Origin: Yuukianura sp. NJ FZ-2021
Lineage: Eukaryota
Direction of reading: 5' to 3'
NCBI GenBank assembly: GCA_046563655.1
Contig: CM102283.1
Span: forward strand, 3,658,001-3,722,000
DNA: 64,000 bases
Below the pieces are notes generated by a model. That model saw nothing but the letters and a program-made list of their open reading frames with translations. It was not told the origin of the DNA and did not search any database. Of the stretch, positions 25,701-37,933 are shown in pieces; the first letter of the stretch is position 1; the number at the start of each line of letters is the position of its first letter. A program made the position numbers and the translations under genes.

Positions 25701-27644
25701 CCAGAGCCATCAGCTAAAATTTTAGAGTTCAATGTGATTTAATACCAGAGCCATCAGCTAAAATTTTAGAGTTCAAAGTGATTTAATACCAGAGCCATCA
25801 GCTAAAATTTTAGAGTTCAATGTGATTTAATACCAGAGCCATCAGCTAAAATTTTAGAGTTCAATGTGATTTAATACCAGAGCCATCAGCTAAAATTTTA
25901 GAGTTCGATGTGATTTAATACCAGAGCCATCAGCTAAAATTTTAGAGTTCAATGTGATTTAATACCAGAGCCATCAGCTAAAATTTTAGAGTTCAAAGTG
26001 ATTTAATACCAGAGCCATCAGCTAAAATTTTAGAGTTCAAAGTGATTTAATACCAGAGCCATCAGCTAAAATTTTAGAGTTCAATGTGATTTAATACCAG
26101 AGCCATCAGCTAAAATTTTAGAGTTCAATGTGATTTAATACCAGAGCCATCAGCTAAAATTTTAGAGTTCAAAGTGATTTAATACCAGAGCCATCAGCTA
26201 AAATTTTAGAGTTCAAAGTGATTTAATACCAGAGCCATCAGCTAAAATTTTAGAGTTCAAAGTGATTTAATACCAGAGCCATCAGCTAAAATTTTAGAGT
26301 TCAAAGTGATTTAATACCAGAGCCATCAGCTAAAATTTTAGAGTTCAAAGTGATTTAATACCAGAGCCATCAGCTAAAATTTTAGAGTTCAATGTGATTT
26401 AATACCAGAGCCATCAGCTAAAATTTTAGAGTTCAATGTGATTTAATACCAGAGCCATCAGCTAAAATTTTAGAGTTCAAAGTGATTTAATACCAGAGCC
26501 ATCAGCTAAAATTTTAGAGTTCAATGTGATATAATACCAGAGCCATCAGCTAAAATTTTAGAGTTCAATGTGATTTAATACCAGAGCCATCAGCTAAAAT
26601 TTTAGAGTTCAATGTGATTTAATACCAGAGCCATCAGCTAAAATTTTAGAGTTCAATGTGATTTAATACCAGAGCCATCAGCTAAAATTTTAGAGTTCAA
26701 TGTGATATAATACCAGAGCCATCAGCTAAAATTTTAGAGTTCAATGTGATTTAATACCAGAGCCATCAGCTAAAATTTTAGAGTTCAATGTGATTTAATA
26801 CCAGAGCCATCAGCTAAAATTTTAGAGTTCAAAGTGATTTAATACCAGAGCCATCAGCTAAAATTTTAGAGTTCAATGTGATTTAATACCAGAGCCATCA
26901 GCTAAAATTTTAGAGTTCAATGTGATTTAATACCAGAGCCATCAGCTAAAATTTTAGAGTTCAAAGTGATTTAATACCAGAGCCATCAGCTAAAATTTTA
27001 GAGTTCAATGTGATTTAATACCAGAGCCATCAGCTAAAAGCTAAAAGAGAGTTTTTTGGTTTCTTCCTGATAATTACTACTGGTTTTAATTGGTTAAATA
27101 AACTGGTTTAATTTGAACATATTCAATACCACTGACTTGATTAGAGCCATTCTGATAGCTTTTTCAAGTTAGTAAAGTCAAACGTTAGGTTCCGACAAAA
27201 ACGAAAAGTGACCTTTGACCTAGGACCTAGGCATTTTACAGTTGTTTTCTAAAACATAGTTTCAACACACACAAACATAGTTATTATAGAATTTCTGTTC
27301 TATTATAATTATATATTCTATAATTAGTTACACAACACAACTATGTTTAACATAGTTTCAGTTAATTGAAGTGATGCTCAGGTTGAGTGGTGCGCTGAGT
27401 GCGTGAGGAGCTGCTACAGTAACCACCTTTTAGTCAATTCGGTTAGCATAAGGTTTAACGACAGGTATGGCGTCCTAACCTAACCTAACCTAACATGAAA
27501 GAAACACTTTTTTTAAGTTTTCGCTGAATTCTTAATTTCTTGCCTCCACTAAAAGTTTCATCCATTTCAGGTGCATTTCTTCCAGTGGCTATACAGTGGA
27601 AATGGCAATTAATCCACTGGATGTTTAAACGTCCAGCAACACTG
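16731..27644. mobile_element. Second hAT-type element of the same family, inverted, enclosing the 44-bp satellite
   Basis: 16731-16811 matches the reverse complement of the right end of 16199-16591; about 27520-27644 matches the reverse complement of its left end; TIR CAGCGTTGCTGGA/TCCAGCAACACTG; flanks GTTGTATG and GTTGTGTG (7/8 identical TSD). Confidence 0.8.
16809..27039. repeat. 44-bp satellite array, about 232 copies, highly homogeneous
   Basis: Unit AATACCAGAGCCATCAGCTAAAATTTTAGAGTTC[AAAG/AATG/GATG/AAAA]TGATTT; the line pattern recurs every 660 nt (15 x 44). Confidence 0.99.
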
Positions 27645-27747
27645 GTTGTGTGCCATAGGAACAAGTTAAGAACAAAGTAAACTTAAGTAGTGGTAACTAT
27701 GCGCAATACTTAATTTCCCCCTGATTTTACAACTCTAATAACCTCAC

Positions 27748-28030
27748 CTCGGCACTTTTGTTCCGCTCCCATGCACCCGCTCCCCGATCTTTTGCTCGTA
27801 CCCTCCGCTCCCATGCACCCGCTCCCCGATCTTTTCCCCCAACCCTCCGCTCCCTACCACCCGCTCCCCGATCTTTTGCCCTTACCCTCCGCTCTCAATT
27901 TTTCCGCTCTCCGCTCGGGATCGGAGAGCGGGGAATGCAGGAGCGGAGAGCGGGGAGCGGAGAAGTGCCGAGCTATGATCGGAGATTGCAACCACTAAGA
28001 TCGCTGTATAGGGCCTAAAGATCGGGAATG
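27748..28030. mobile_element. GC-rich MITE-like element with internal 42-bp repeats
   Basis: Inverted ends CTCGGCACTT (27748) and AAGTGCCGAG (about 27963-27972); internal CCGCTCCC units mirrored by GGAGCGG units; related to 15841-16158. Confidence 0.65.
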
Positions 28031-28825
28031 GCGTCTGGGAATGAGTTTGGCCGTATTTCAACCATGTATTCACTTTTGGCAAGCAAAAACTCCCAGCTGT
28101 CTGCTTTTGTGTGTCATCCTCACCGGACCCTGATCTGATCTTCTGATCCAGAACTAATTAAGCTGATAATCGGGTATTAGCACAACCACAAGATCTGGAA
28201 GAGAGAACAGTGACGACACTGGACAAAGAGTGGTAAACGATTTCGATACGTCGGGCAGGCGACCAAGGTAAATCAGTGGCTGATTTTACGACCAACGATG
28301 ACAGTGAAGATTGGCCTTCCATTTAATAATCATAAATCTAAAACGACCTAATTGATTATGCTTTTGTGTTGTTTATCAGATACTACGCTGATTACCTTTG
28401 AACTGTTCCTTCATCGTTTCCTGTATCCGAGAACATCCTATATCCGAAATCAATTAACTTTTGCCTTCGTCACTGGTTCGTGACAAGACTCGCCGTAATT
28501 CTGCGGCTGGACTTTGTCTACAACGCAGTTTCCGGTTACAAGCTTAAGCAAATCTAAAAAGTAATTAAACGGTGAGTAATCAAGTATTTCCTTAAACTAC
28601 CTTAAACTTAAACTAAAAACTATTATTCAATACGCACCTCTTTTAGTTTTTCTCACTTTGCTTTATGCCTAAACTCCTAATAACATGCTGGGCCATGTGT
28701 GACATGGTCGATGTCAACATGTCATTGCATGCTCCCAGTGTTTTGTGCAGTCTCTTTACAATTTTGGACAGTTTCCAATGACCTCAATTACTGACTGACA
28801 GGAGAAGCCTTTAACTGGTGGAAGG

Positions 28826-30635
28826 ATGAACGCTGTTCAGTCAGTTCGTCACTATGTCGACAAAATGATCCAAGATGCTGGACCAGGCATGAAGATCCTC
28901 CTCATGGACAAGGAAACTACTTCAGTCATATCCAACGTCTACTCTCAGACAGAAATCATGACAAAAGAAGTCTATCTCTGCGACAGACTGGACAACATGA
29001 AGAACCGAGAACCTCTGCATCACTTGAAATGTTTAGTATTCCTACGTCCAACGGACGAAAATGTGACCTACTTGTGTATGGAACTGAAGAATCCGATGTA
29101 CGGATCCTACTACCTCCACTGGACCAATATCATTTCGAAATCAGAGGTGAAAAGATTAGCGGAAGCAGATGAACAAGAACTGGTGCGGGAGATATCCGAG
29201 TGTTTTGCCGATTTCATTCCAATTAACTCTCATACATTCATAACAAACACTCCGCATGGACACATTTTTACTGGAGCGGGAGACATTCTGAAGGAGCCGG
29301 TGGTCGTTGCACTAACTCAGGCTGTCATTAGTTTCTTGCTGGCTTCGAAGAGACTTCCGTACATAAGATACACTGATTGGTCCAGACCGTGTGAAAAGTT
29401 GGCCGAAAGATTAGCAAGTACGATGGACAAGGAGAGACATGACAAGGGGCTTTTTAGTTTTACACAACCCAGAATCCAGGATGGGAGTGGCCAAGCCCTG
29501 TCACGGCCGGTCATACTGATCCTGGACAGACGAGACGACTGTGTCACGCCGATACTGAACCAGTGGACGTATCAAGCGATGGTACACGAACTACTTACTA
29601 TTAAGAATCAACGTGTCAGTCTGGCCGATGCTCCAGGTAAGAATTCCGTCAACTTTAAAAAAAAAAGAATTAAAAAAAAATTTTTTTTTTGATTTTTTGT
29701 TAGATATTCCAAAGGACTTTCGAGAAGTTGTTCTGTCGGCATCACACGACAGTTTTTTTGCTGAAAATTTATACGCTGACTTTGGCATGGTTGGGCAGAA
29801 CCTGCGTCAACTCGTAGAAGAATTCCAGAACAAGGCCAAATCTCAACAAAAAGTAGAGTCAATCGACGACATGAAAACGTTTATCGAAAACTACCCACAT
29901 TTCAAGCAAATGTCAGGCACCGTATCGAAACATGTTGTTGTCGTAGGAGAGTTGGCCCGTCTCAACGAAAAGTACTCCCTTCTGGAAGTATCCGAACTGG
30001 AACAAGAAATTGCTTGTCACTCTAATCACTCCAGTAGTCTCCAGTCTCTTCAAAAGTTACTCTCGAACGTCAAAGTGCGTGACCGTGACTGCCTGCGACT
30101 CGCACTTCTCTACGCTCTTAAGTTTGAAACGCACTCAAACAACGACATAACTGGACTCATCAGGAAGCTAAAGACGAAGGGACTTCCAGATGAAGATGTC
30201 AACTTGGTCAAAGCTATTTTAAGATTCGGAGGAGTGAAGAAACGCAAATCAGATTTGTTCGGAAGTCATCCGGTAGCTGTGACGAAGCGGTTTATGAAGG
30301 GACTCAAAGGAGTTGAGAATATTTACACTCAGCATACACCGTGGCTCAAAACTGTTCTGGATGACATTCGGAGAGGGAAGTTGAGGGAGGACCAGTACCC
30401 TTATTACACGAAATCACAAGATTATGCTCCGCCAATGAACGAATTGAATTTTAGAGCTTCGGAGGTCATCGTTTTCGTTCTGGGAGGAATCACTTATGCA
30501 GAGTCACTTGTGGTGCACAACATCAATCGACTGGATGGTCGCACATCAGTAGTGCTTGGAGGAACGCAAATGCACAACATGAATTCGTTTCTGGAAGAAA
30601 TCAGGGCGTCCATGCCGAAACATCAAGAACACTGA
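28826..30635 (+). CDS. VPS45: Vacuolar protein sorting 45 (Sec1/Munc18 family)
   Basis: GPGMKILLMDKETT...EVYL; HLKCLVFLRPT; LDRRDDCVTPILNQWTYQAMVHELL; KGLKGVENIYTQH. Exons 28826-29636 and 29704-30635. Confidence 0.97.
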
Positions 30636-30639
30636 TTAC

Positions 30640-30800
30640 CTCAACACATCAGCTGATTATCATCAGCATCAGTCTTCACCAGCTGATCATCAACATAAAT
30701 CATCATATCAGCTGATCTTCAACAACAGACCATCAGCTGATCATCACTCATCATTCATGAATTATCATCATCGATCATCATCAGTCATCAGTGATCATCA
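30640..30800. repeat. Low-complexity CATCAGCTGAT repeats downstream of VPS45
   Basis: Several CATCA/CAGCTGATCATC copies. Confidence 0.5.
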
Positions 30801-30977
30801 ACCAGTGCAGTTGATATCCGAGTGCCCCACCTAACCTAACCTACTCGCTTTTCAAAAATTATTGATTAAATTATATTTGCTTTGATACTGCCCTGTCTTT
30901 CTTCATGTTTAAAACTAAGTTTACTTATTTTTATTTACTTTTAATTATTTATGTTAACTAATTTTGTTGTTTCAGAA

Positions 30978-31577
30978 ATGTTCAACGGTTTCATGCAAGC
31001 GTTCAAGGAAATTGGTGCTGGTGGTCCGCCGATTCAAGATGGCAGAGTGATTCACGATCCGAAAACGTTCGGAACCGAGAAGCCTGTAGAGTTTGATGAA
31101 GATGGAGAATTGACTGAAGAGGGATTTGTGTCCATAGGTCAAAGTTCATTCATCTACTCTATGCAAAAGTATCCAGAACAATACTCTGTCCCACCAAACC
31201 TCTCTGCTCTGTATCCCCATCTACCGAATTCAGGCTCGGCACAATCATTCAACGGCCAGCCAAAATCAGGGCCGTCACCATCCCTCTCCAACGGAAGAGT
31301 CATCAAGGCACCCGCACCACCGCACAACAACTTGAGCAGCATTTCGTATCAAAGTACTTCCGTTGACTACGACAATCGGAACGACTCGGAACTGCTTCGC
31401 GGTTTGCCGTTTGTCCTCCATCCGACGCTTAGAAACTACGATAGCAACTCTGCAGCCAATCAGAAACGACTTTCAATTTATGAAAACTTGCGAAATCCAA
31501 TTGGCGACCTATCAGCATTCTCCTACGATTTCGAATTTGAACGCAGCGTACTCCGAGCTATTCAGCAACAATTTTGA
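30978..31577 (+). CDS. UMAD1: UMA (UBAP1-MVB12-associated) domain protein, UMAD1-like
   Basis: EEGFVSIG motif; C-terminal LLRGLPFVLHP...DLSAFSYDFEFERSVL matches the UMA domain pattern; ATG directly follows the acceptor TTTCAG. Confidence 0.8.
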   Translation: MFNGFMQAFKEIGAGGPPIQDGRVIHDPKTFGTEKPVEFDEDGELTEEGFVSIGQSSFIYSMQKYPEQYSVPPNLSALYPHLPNSGSAQSFNGQPKSGPSPSLSNGRVIKAPAPPHNNLSSISYQSTSVDYDNRNDSELLRGLPFVLHPTLRNYDSNSAANQKRLSIYENLRNPIGDLSAFSYDFEFERSVLRAIQQQF

Positions 31578-31782
31578 AAGTTCCCGCTCAAGCAAGAAAT
31601 TCAAAAACCAAAACGTGACATGCACGGCGTGATATACTTAATTTTGATTGAAAAAATTACAATTTACTAACGAATTACGCTTTGTCGATTGTGTCGCTGG
31701 AGAACATTTGCTAAGTAACTTTTAGTATAAACTAAGAATTTTGTATTAATTTTGAATTTTCGAGGGGTTTGGATAAGTTGGT

Positions 31783-33297
31783 TCAGCGCGCAAAGTACCC
31801 TCCGTCAATCTTAGAAAACAAATTTCGAAAAAATTTAGAAACAGGAATTTCGAAAAATTTAGAAATTGTGATTCTGAAATTAAAAATTCTTGAACTACCA
31901 TAATGGATTCTCCAGTGATCATTTTGCTGTTGTCACTCATCAGGAACAACTGCAAAATAGAAATAAATAGTTTTTCGGAAATGTTTTCAGAAAATTAAAA
32001 TTTTGAAAGTTTACGATTGTGCTGAGAACGTCTTCAATTTCAGCAAATCTTCTCAAGGGCGTCAATTTTTTCAGAGTTTCAGAAGCAGCTTTTGACGCTT
32101 CGTCGTTAACCCAGAAATCCTTTCTGAAGTCATCAGTGACAATTGTAGGATTGACACTGTTGACACGAATACCATATTCACCCAATGCCACTGCCATACA
32201 CCGCGTAAGCATATCTTCACAAAAGTAATTGAATTAGTTGTAATTCAAAGTATTTCAAAGTAATTCAAAGTAATTTCAGGTGTCCTATGACCTTACCCTG
32301 CGCTGCTTTGCTGGCACAGTAAGCAAACAACCCGTTTCCAGCCTATTTCAAGTAACCGGTAAAATATTTTTTATAAACATATTTTTATGTGGAATATTAT
32401 ATATATTATAATATTATAAAAACATATTATTTAAATTGTGTTGATCGTTTTACCGTAGGACACTTTGCAGCGAGACTGGAGAGGTTGACTATGACTCCGC
32501 CTTTCCCAGCATCAATCATGTTCTTTGCCACAAATTTACTCACGCACACCACAGCTTTTACGTTGATGTCAAACAACCTCAATTAACAAAGTAATTAACT
32601 AATTAGTTAAATAGTTAATTAAGCAATTAATTAAAAAAAATGCAGATTTTAATGTAGACTGTTTACCTGTCCAGTGAATCCGATTTCATTGACAGAAAAT
32701 CTTCTCGCACAATTTCTTCCGAATTGTTCAACTAGAAAAAAAAAGTTGGAGAAAAATTTGAATTTTTACTGTGTAAAAATTTTTTGTATGGAAAGTAATC
32801 TTGAGAATTGGAAATTACGAGACAATCGATTGGTCCATCGATTACTTCCGTCAAAGCCTCTTCAGTGTCTTTCCAATTTCGAAAGTTTGCAGCAACAATA
32901 GTCACACTAACATTTATAATATTAAAATTACATTTTAAATTATTATATTTAAATTATAACGTTTGTTTAAGTAACCTACTTGGGACACTCGCGTTTCAAA
33001 CTTTTCAAATGTTCTTCAAATCTTGACACGGCAAAGCAAAAGGCTCCTTGTGCACTCAACAATTTAACAAGTTCACGACCCACGCCTTCAAAAATTAAAT
33101 TTTGAAAAAAAAAACTTTAAAAAAAAAATGTTTTTTAAAGTAATAGCTATACTAACGTACCATGACGAGCGCCAGTCACCACAACCCCTTATTACACAAA
33201 AAAAAAGTCATTTTGAACAAAATTTTTGAATTGTTTTTGAAATTGTAATTTTGGAATTACGTTTTCCTCTGAAAGCGTTTTCGTCCACGAAAGCCAT
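31783..33297 (-). CDS. Short-chain dehydrogenase/reductase, L-xylulose reductase (DCXR)-like, copy A
   Basis: VVVTGARHG; GGVIVNLSS; YCASK; ALGEYGIRVNSVNPTIV; TPLRRFAE; MITGES..IDGGYFAR*. Confidence 0.9.
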
Positions 33298-34055
33298 TCG
33301 GCTAACAGAGACTCTGCGAGCTCGTAGAACTTCGGAATCGACACTTAAAGACTCCAGCGTCCTGATTGGTCCGTGGGATTCACACTCGCAGCTGATTGGT
33401 CACTTCTGACCTTTGGTCTCTTCCGACTGTCCGTGGGCGAATGACCACCAAAAACAAAAACATCCGCCTACTTAAAGGCTCTAGAATTTGCAAAAATTTT
33501 CCACAAATTAACAAATTTCGTAATCTCATCAATCTTCTGATCCACACGATTACTACTTCGTTTCTTACAAAAAAAAATCAGTTCAAGAACACACAGTTGC
33601 GTGTTCTAGAACTGATTTTTTGTATTGCTAAAATAAATTTCGTTCTCATTTTTAGTTGCTTCATTTTTTTTTTATATATATTTAAAAAGTGATGTATTTC
33701 AAAAAAATTTATATCTATCCAGACAGACAAACAGACATGAGGTAGACTATTATAAGTAGCTTTCCATTCCATATAAAAGATATTTTTTTGTAATTGCACA
33801 GCATGCTACGTATGCGTGCTGGGGCTTCGCCCGGACTCGTTTATCATATTAATTTTTAGTTTTATGGAGTAATTTGTCATTGCATGATTTTATTGATCAT
33901 ATTTTTGCTAATGAATCAAATTGTCGCATGTTTCAGTTTTGGAATCGATTACTTTTTGATTTCTTACACAAGCGAGATTACTTTTGGTACTAATTGATTA
34001 CTGGATTGACTTTCTAAATGGATTTTGCTGTTTCGACACAAGTGACTTGATTTTG

Positions 34056-35280
34056 TTAGCGTGCTGTGTAGCCTCCATCAATCTTGAGGATTTGTCCAGT
34101 GATCATGTTGGCCTTGTCACTCAGAAGAAAGGCCACAGCCTGAACCACGTCCTCCATTTTAGCAAATCGCCCCAGGGGAGTCAGTTTTGCAAGCGTTTCA
34201 GCCTGCTCCTTGCTCTTTTCACTTGCAACCCAAAAGTCTTTCCGGAAATCATCCACGACTATCGTAGGATTTACGCTGTTCACTCTAATCCCATACTGAC
34301 CAAGTTCAACTGCCAAGCAACGCGTAATCTAAAATTTTGAAAAAAAAGAAAGTAATTTAAGAAACGTATACGGCGATTTTGGCTGAATTTTTTAAATGTT
34401 GATATTTAGTATGGCACCATGTCAGCGGCAGCCTTCGAAGCACCTGGAAGCAAGAAGGAGAAAATATTACTGCTGATGTTTCAAAATTTCGAAAAAGTAT
34501 TTTTTTTTCGAAAAAATATTTTCTTGAATTACAGTAAGGAAAAAGATCGTTGGCGAGTGAAGGACTTGTCGATGCGAGTGACGAAATGTTGACAATGGAT
34601 CCTCCTTTTCCGCCTTTAATCATGTTGTCCGCAATGATTTTACTTACAGACAGAAGACCCTTAACGTTTACGTCAAGGACCCTGAAAATTTTGAAATTTT
34701 GGATTTTGATTTTCAAGATTTTCGAAATTTTGGATTTAGAAGATTTTGTTTTACCGATCGAATCCATACTGCGTCGCATGCAAAAAGTCCTCTCGGATGA
34801 GTTCTTCGGCGTTGTTCACCAGAAAATCAACTTGAGACACAAAAATATGACAGAATAAAATTTTTCAAAATTTTGAAAAAAAAAAAATAGTACTCAAGTA
34901 CCAGACCCTTCCAAAACTGCATTCATTTCTTCTTCCGTGTCTTTCCAGTTTTTCAAGTTGCAAGCAATTGGGATGACCCCTGGATATCGTTCCTTAAGGG
35001 TCTTGAGATGCTCGGGAAACCGAGACACTGCATACACTTTGGCCCCTTCAGCATTAAACAACTTTGCCATTTCACGTCCAAGTCCTAAATTCAAAAAAAA
35101 AAAGTTAAAAATTTTGAAATTGATTCTTGAAATTTTACTAAAAGGTTTACCCTGGCGTGCTCCGGTGATGACGATTGTCTTGCCCTTGAAGTAGCCCTTG
35201 TACTGACTCAAAATCTGAGACTTTATGGGACTCGCTTCGACAACGTTTTTTTCAACCGTGATTTCATTCGTTTCTCCCAT
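34056..35280 (-). CDS. Short-chain dehydrogenase/reductase, DCXR-like, copy B
   Basis: IVITGARQGLG; LVNNA; GGSIVNISS; YCASKAA; ELGQYGIRVNSVNPTIV; TPLGRFA; MITGQILKIDGGYTAR*. Confidence 0.9.
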
Positions 35281-35552
35281 GTTTTTTAATTCAAATTTCA
35301 AAAACTTACAAAGTTTGGAAAATTTTTTCTTTTCAAAATTCTCAAAATGGTAAAGCTTCTCGCTGTCCCGAGACTCTGACTGGTGAAGTCCAGCAACACA
35401 GCGGTGGCTTTTAAAGCCAGACTTTGGAGGGGGCTGAATCAGCGTGACGCTGGAAATGACGCTGCAGCGTGCGTGTCGTTGCCAATCCCCAACAGATTCA
35501 TTCCAGACTGACCGCATGACTTTGCTTACACTCAGCAAATCGGTAGTAGCTT

Positions 35553-36841
35553 TTAATTTGAAGCGATTTTGAAAATAAGGCCATTCATTCTTTCATCTTC
35601 TGAGCTCCACGTATGAACTTGTGCAAAATTGTGATTAATTTTTTCTGAAATCCGTCAAAGAAAAAGGTCAAATCAATTTGAGACGTTGATGTTGTTAAAA
35701 TTAGAAAAAGTTACCCAATTCCTGGAGTAAGATGTTCATAGTTACGTCATTCCTAATAGTACAACTTAGAAAACACGAAGCTTTGTTTGGCGGAAACGAT
35801 TTCAAAAATACGTCAATCAGATTCAATAGCGGAGGTATCAAGGCTGAATCGAAAACTATGTCTATTCAAAAAAAAATTATGAATTTCAAAAATTTTCAAT
35901 TTCAAAAATTTTGTGGCCTACCAGCTCCAACTAGAACAGCATGATCATTGACTACTGAATGTTTTGAAATGAGATTTTGGAATTTTTCGGTATCTGAGAT
36001 CCAGTCGACAGTTTCGAACGTAACTTTGGACACTTCGGAAGATGAAAAGTTGGCAACGAAATTTTGACGACAATTTTCCAGTGCTTCGGGACTTCCATCA
36101 GTTGTTACAAGTTTTGAAACGTTTTGAAACGTTTTTAAAATTCCAATTCCTAGCAACCCCGTTCCAGCTCCAAGCTCAACAACGAATCTTGCTCTGGAAA
36201 GATCTTCGCACTGGCCAGTGAAGATCCAATTCAAAAATTCTTGCGATGCCTGTTTTCAAAAAATCAAAATTTCAAAATCTGAATCCCCTTTAGAATCTTA
36301 CGTTCATAAAAAACATCCTTACTGTCCATGTCATGAGTCCCGTTGTCCCGTGTGAGACAAATGTGTTTTCATTTTCGAAAATTTTGATTCGTGATACTTT
36401 CAGTTCGCCTTTTGAATTTCGTTGCTCAAATTGGTAGAATCTGTAGAACGGTTCTGGAGCCCTGGAGGCCAGTTTCGCCAGTTCGTCGTACCACAAGTCA
36501 ATCCCTGTCGTCACTTCGTCATCTCCGTCCAATTTTCCGTTCTCTCGGCCCCATTTCTCTACCTGCCAAGGTCAAATGTCAAAGTGTATAGTCAATGAAC
36601 CACGAAGGTCATTTGATAATTGAATCATTACGTGATTGATAATATGCTTGATGAACGCTGCAGAATACTGGACTGGCATTTGGACTTGTGCGCAGGCCCC
36701 AACAGTACCATCATAGACCAGCATCAGTTGGTTGTGGTGGCAGGCTTCATCCAAAAGTACTGCCAAGCATTTAATTTGATTGACACCTCTTCCTTCAAAG
36801 TACAGCTTAGTCACCTTAGCCAAGTGACACTCAAAGGTCAT
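35553..36841 (-). CDS. EEF2KMT: Protein-lysine N-methyltransferase EEF2KMT/FAM86A-like
   Basis: FVSHGTTGLMTW; VVELGAGTGLLG (SAM motif I); TTDGSPEALENCRQN; VLVGA-DIVFD; IRNDVT. Start codon inferred. Confidence 0.85.
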
Positions 36842-37560
36842 GCTTGGATTTTAGGATCTAGAAACAGAATCGAATTAATTAACAGATTAATCGAGCAAGA
36901 TTTAATTGATTTACCTCGTCATGCTTGATTAACTTATTTCAATTGTTTTGAGTTTTCAATCTTTCGAAATAGTTCCCGGAATTTTGTCTCAACTTGCCTC
37001 CAGAATGCTAATGGCCCCAATTTGAGAATTTTAAATTCGCGTATAATAAATGGCTCCGAGAAACAACTACTTCCCCTTCACCGGTTTCTCTTTTCATAGA
37101 TGGGCACTTACACATAAATTTAGCACATAAGCTTTGCACTATCACTTTTATACACTAATTTTAATTAGTTTAATTGTAAAACAATAAGTATTAATTATTT
37201 GGTGCTAAGATAGACCAATTTTATTAACTACTGATTTAGTTTTTAGCTAAAATTATTTTGCTTTTTACTGATGCACTGGGTGAACAGGCGTTGTGTGTAA
37301 CCGCTACAACGAGTGTAGTCAAATTCAAAATTGTAAAAGTAAAAGACAAGAAAAGAAAAACTGGTAAGAAAACTAAAGTATGTAAAAGGTATTCAATTCA
37401 AGTTGATTTAAATTATTTAACGTTTACGTGTTTTTGTTTTAATTAGTCATCAACGATTGATGGAAAACTAATCGAGGAAACGGGGATAAGGGGTAGATCC
37501 ATGAGTGACTGAACTGGTAAGTTGTACTGGCTTACTTAGGCAGAATTACACAAAAAGGTG

Positions 37561-37801
37561 GGTAGGAGTAAGGCAGAGAACCCGTGTGCTAACTACTCAT
37601 ATCCCCTCCCATATCTCCTCCAATACTACTGTCAGCAGTGTTGCCGCGCCGAAGGCGCGGTGTTAGGTTTTTGTAACCCGACAATAGTGATTGCATCTGT
37701 AGGTTTGGTTAGCAGTGGCAACGCTGCTGCCAGTAGTATTGGAGGAGATACGGGAGGGGATATGACCAGCTACCACACGGGTTCTCTGCCTTACTCCACC
37801 C
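37561..37801. mobile_element. Long-TIR MITE with GG..CC ends and 8-bp TSD (Merlin/Mutator-like)
   Basis: TIR of about 85 bp GGTAGGAGTAAGGCAGAGAACCCGTGTG... and its reverse complement ending CTTACTCCACCC; TSD AAAAGGTG on both sides. Confidence 0.85.
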
Positions 37802-37933
37802 AAAAGGTGATATGTTGACCACTTTTTGTTTTAATTTATCACTTAGTGACGTATCATCTCATTGGTGACACGGACATCTTGGAAGATAAGTTGGCTTTGG
37901 AGTCCGGTGGCAGCTTAAACAAAAGAGAGAGAC

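Noticed and set aside
16809-27039. CRISPR array or coding repeat
   Set aside because: Units are head-to-tail with no unique spacers, no cas genes are present, the context is eukaryotic, and the ORF track shows no ORF in the array
27475-27494. (CCTAA)4 as a telomere or telomere-addition site (also about 30830)
   Set aside because: Only 3-4 units, internal, and within or near repeat elements; too short to support a telomeric function
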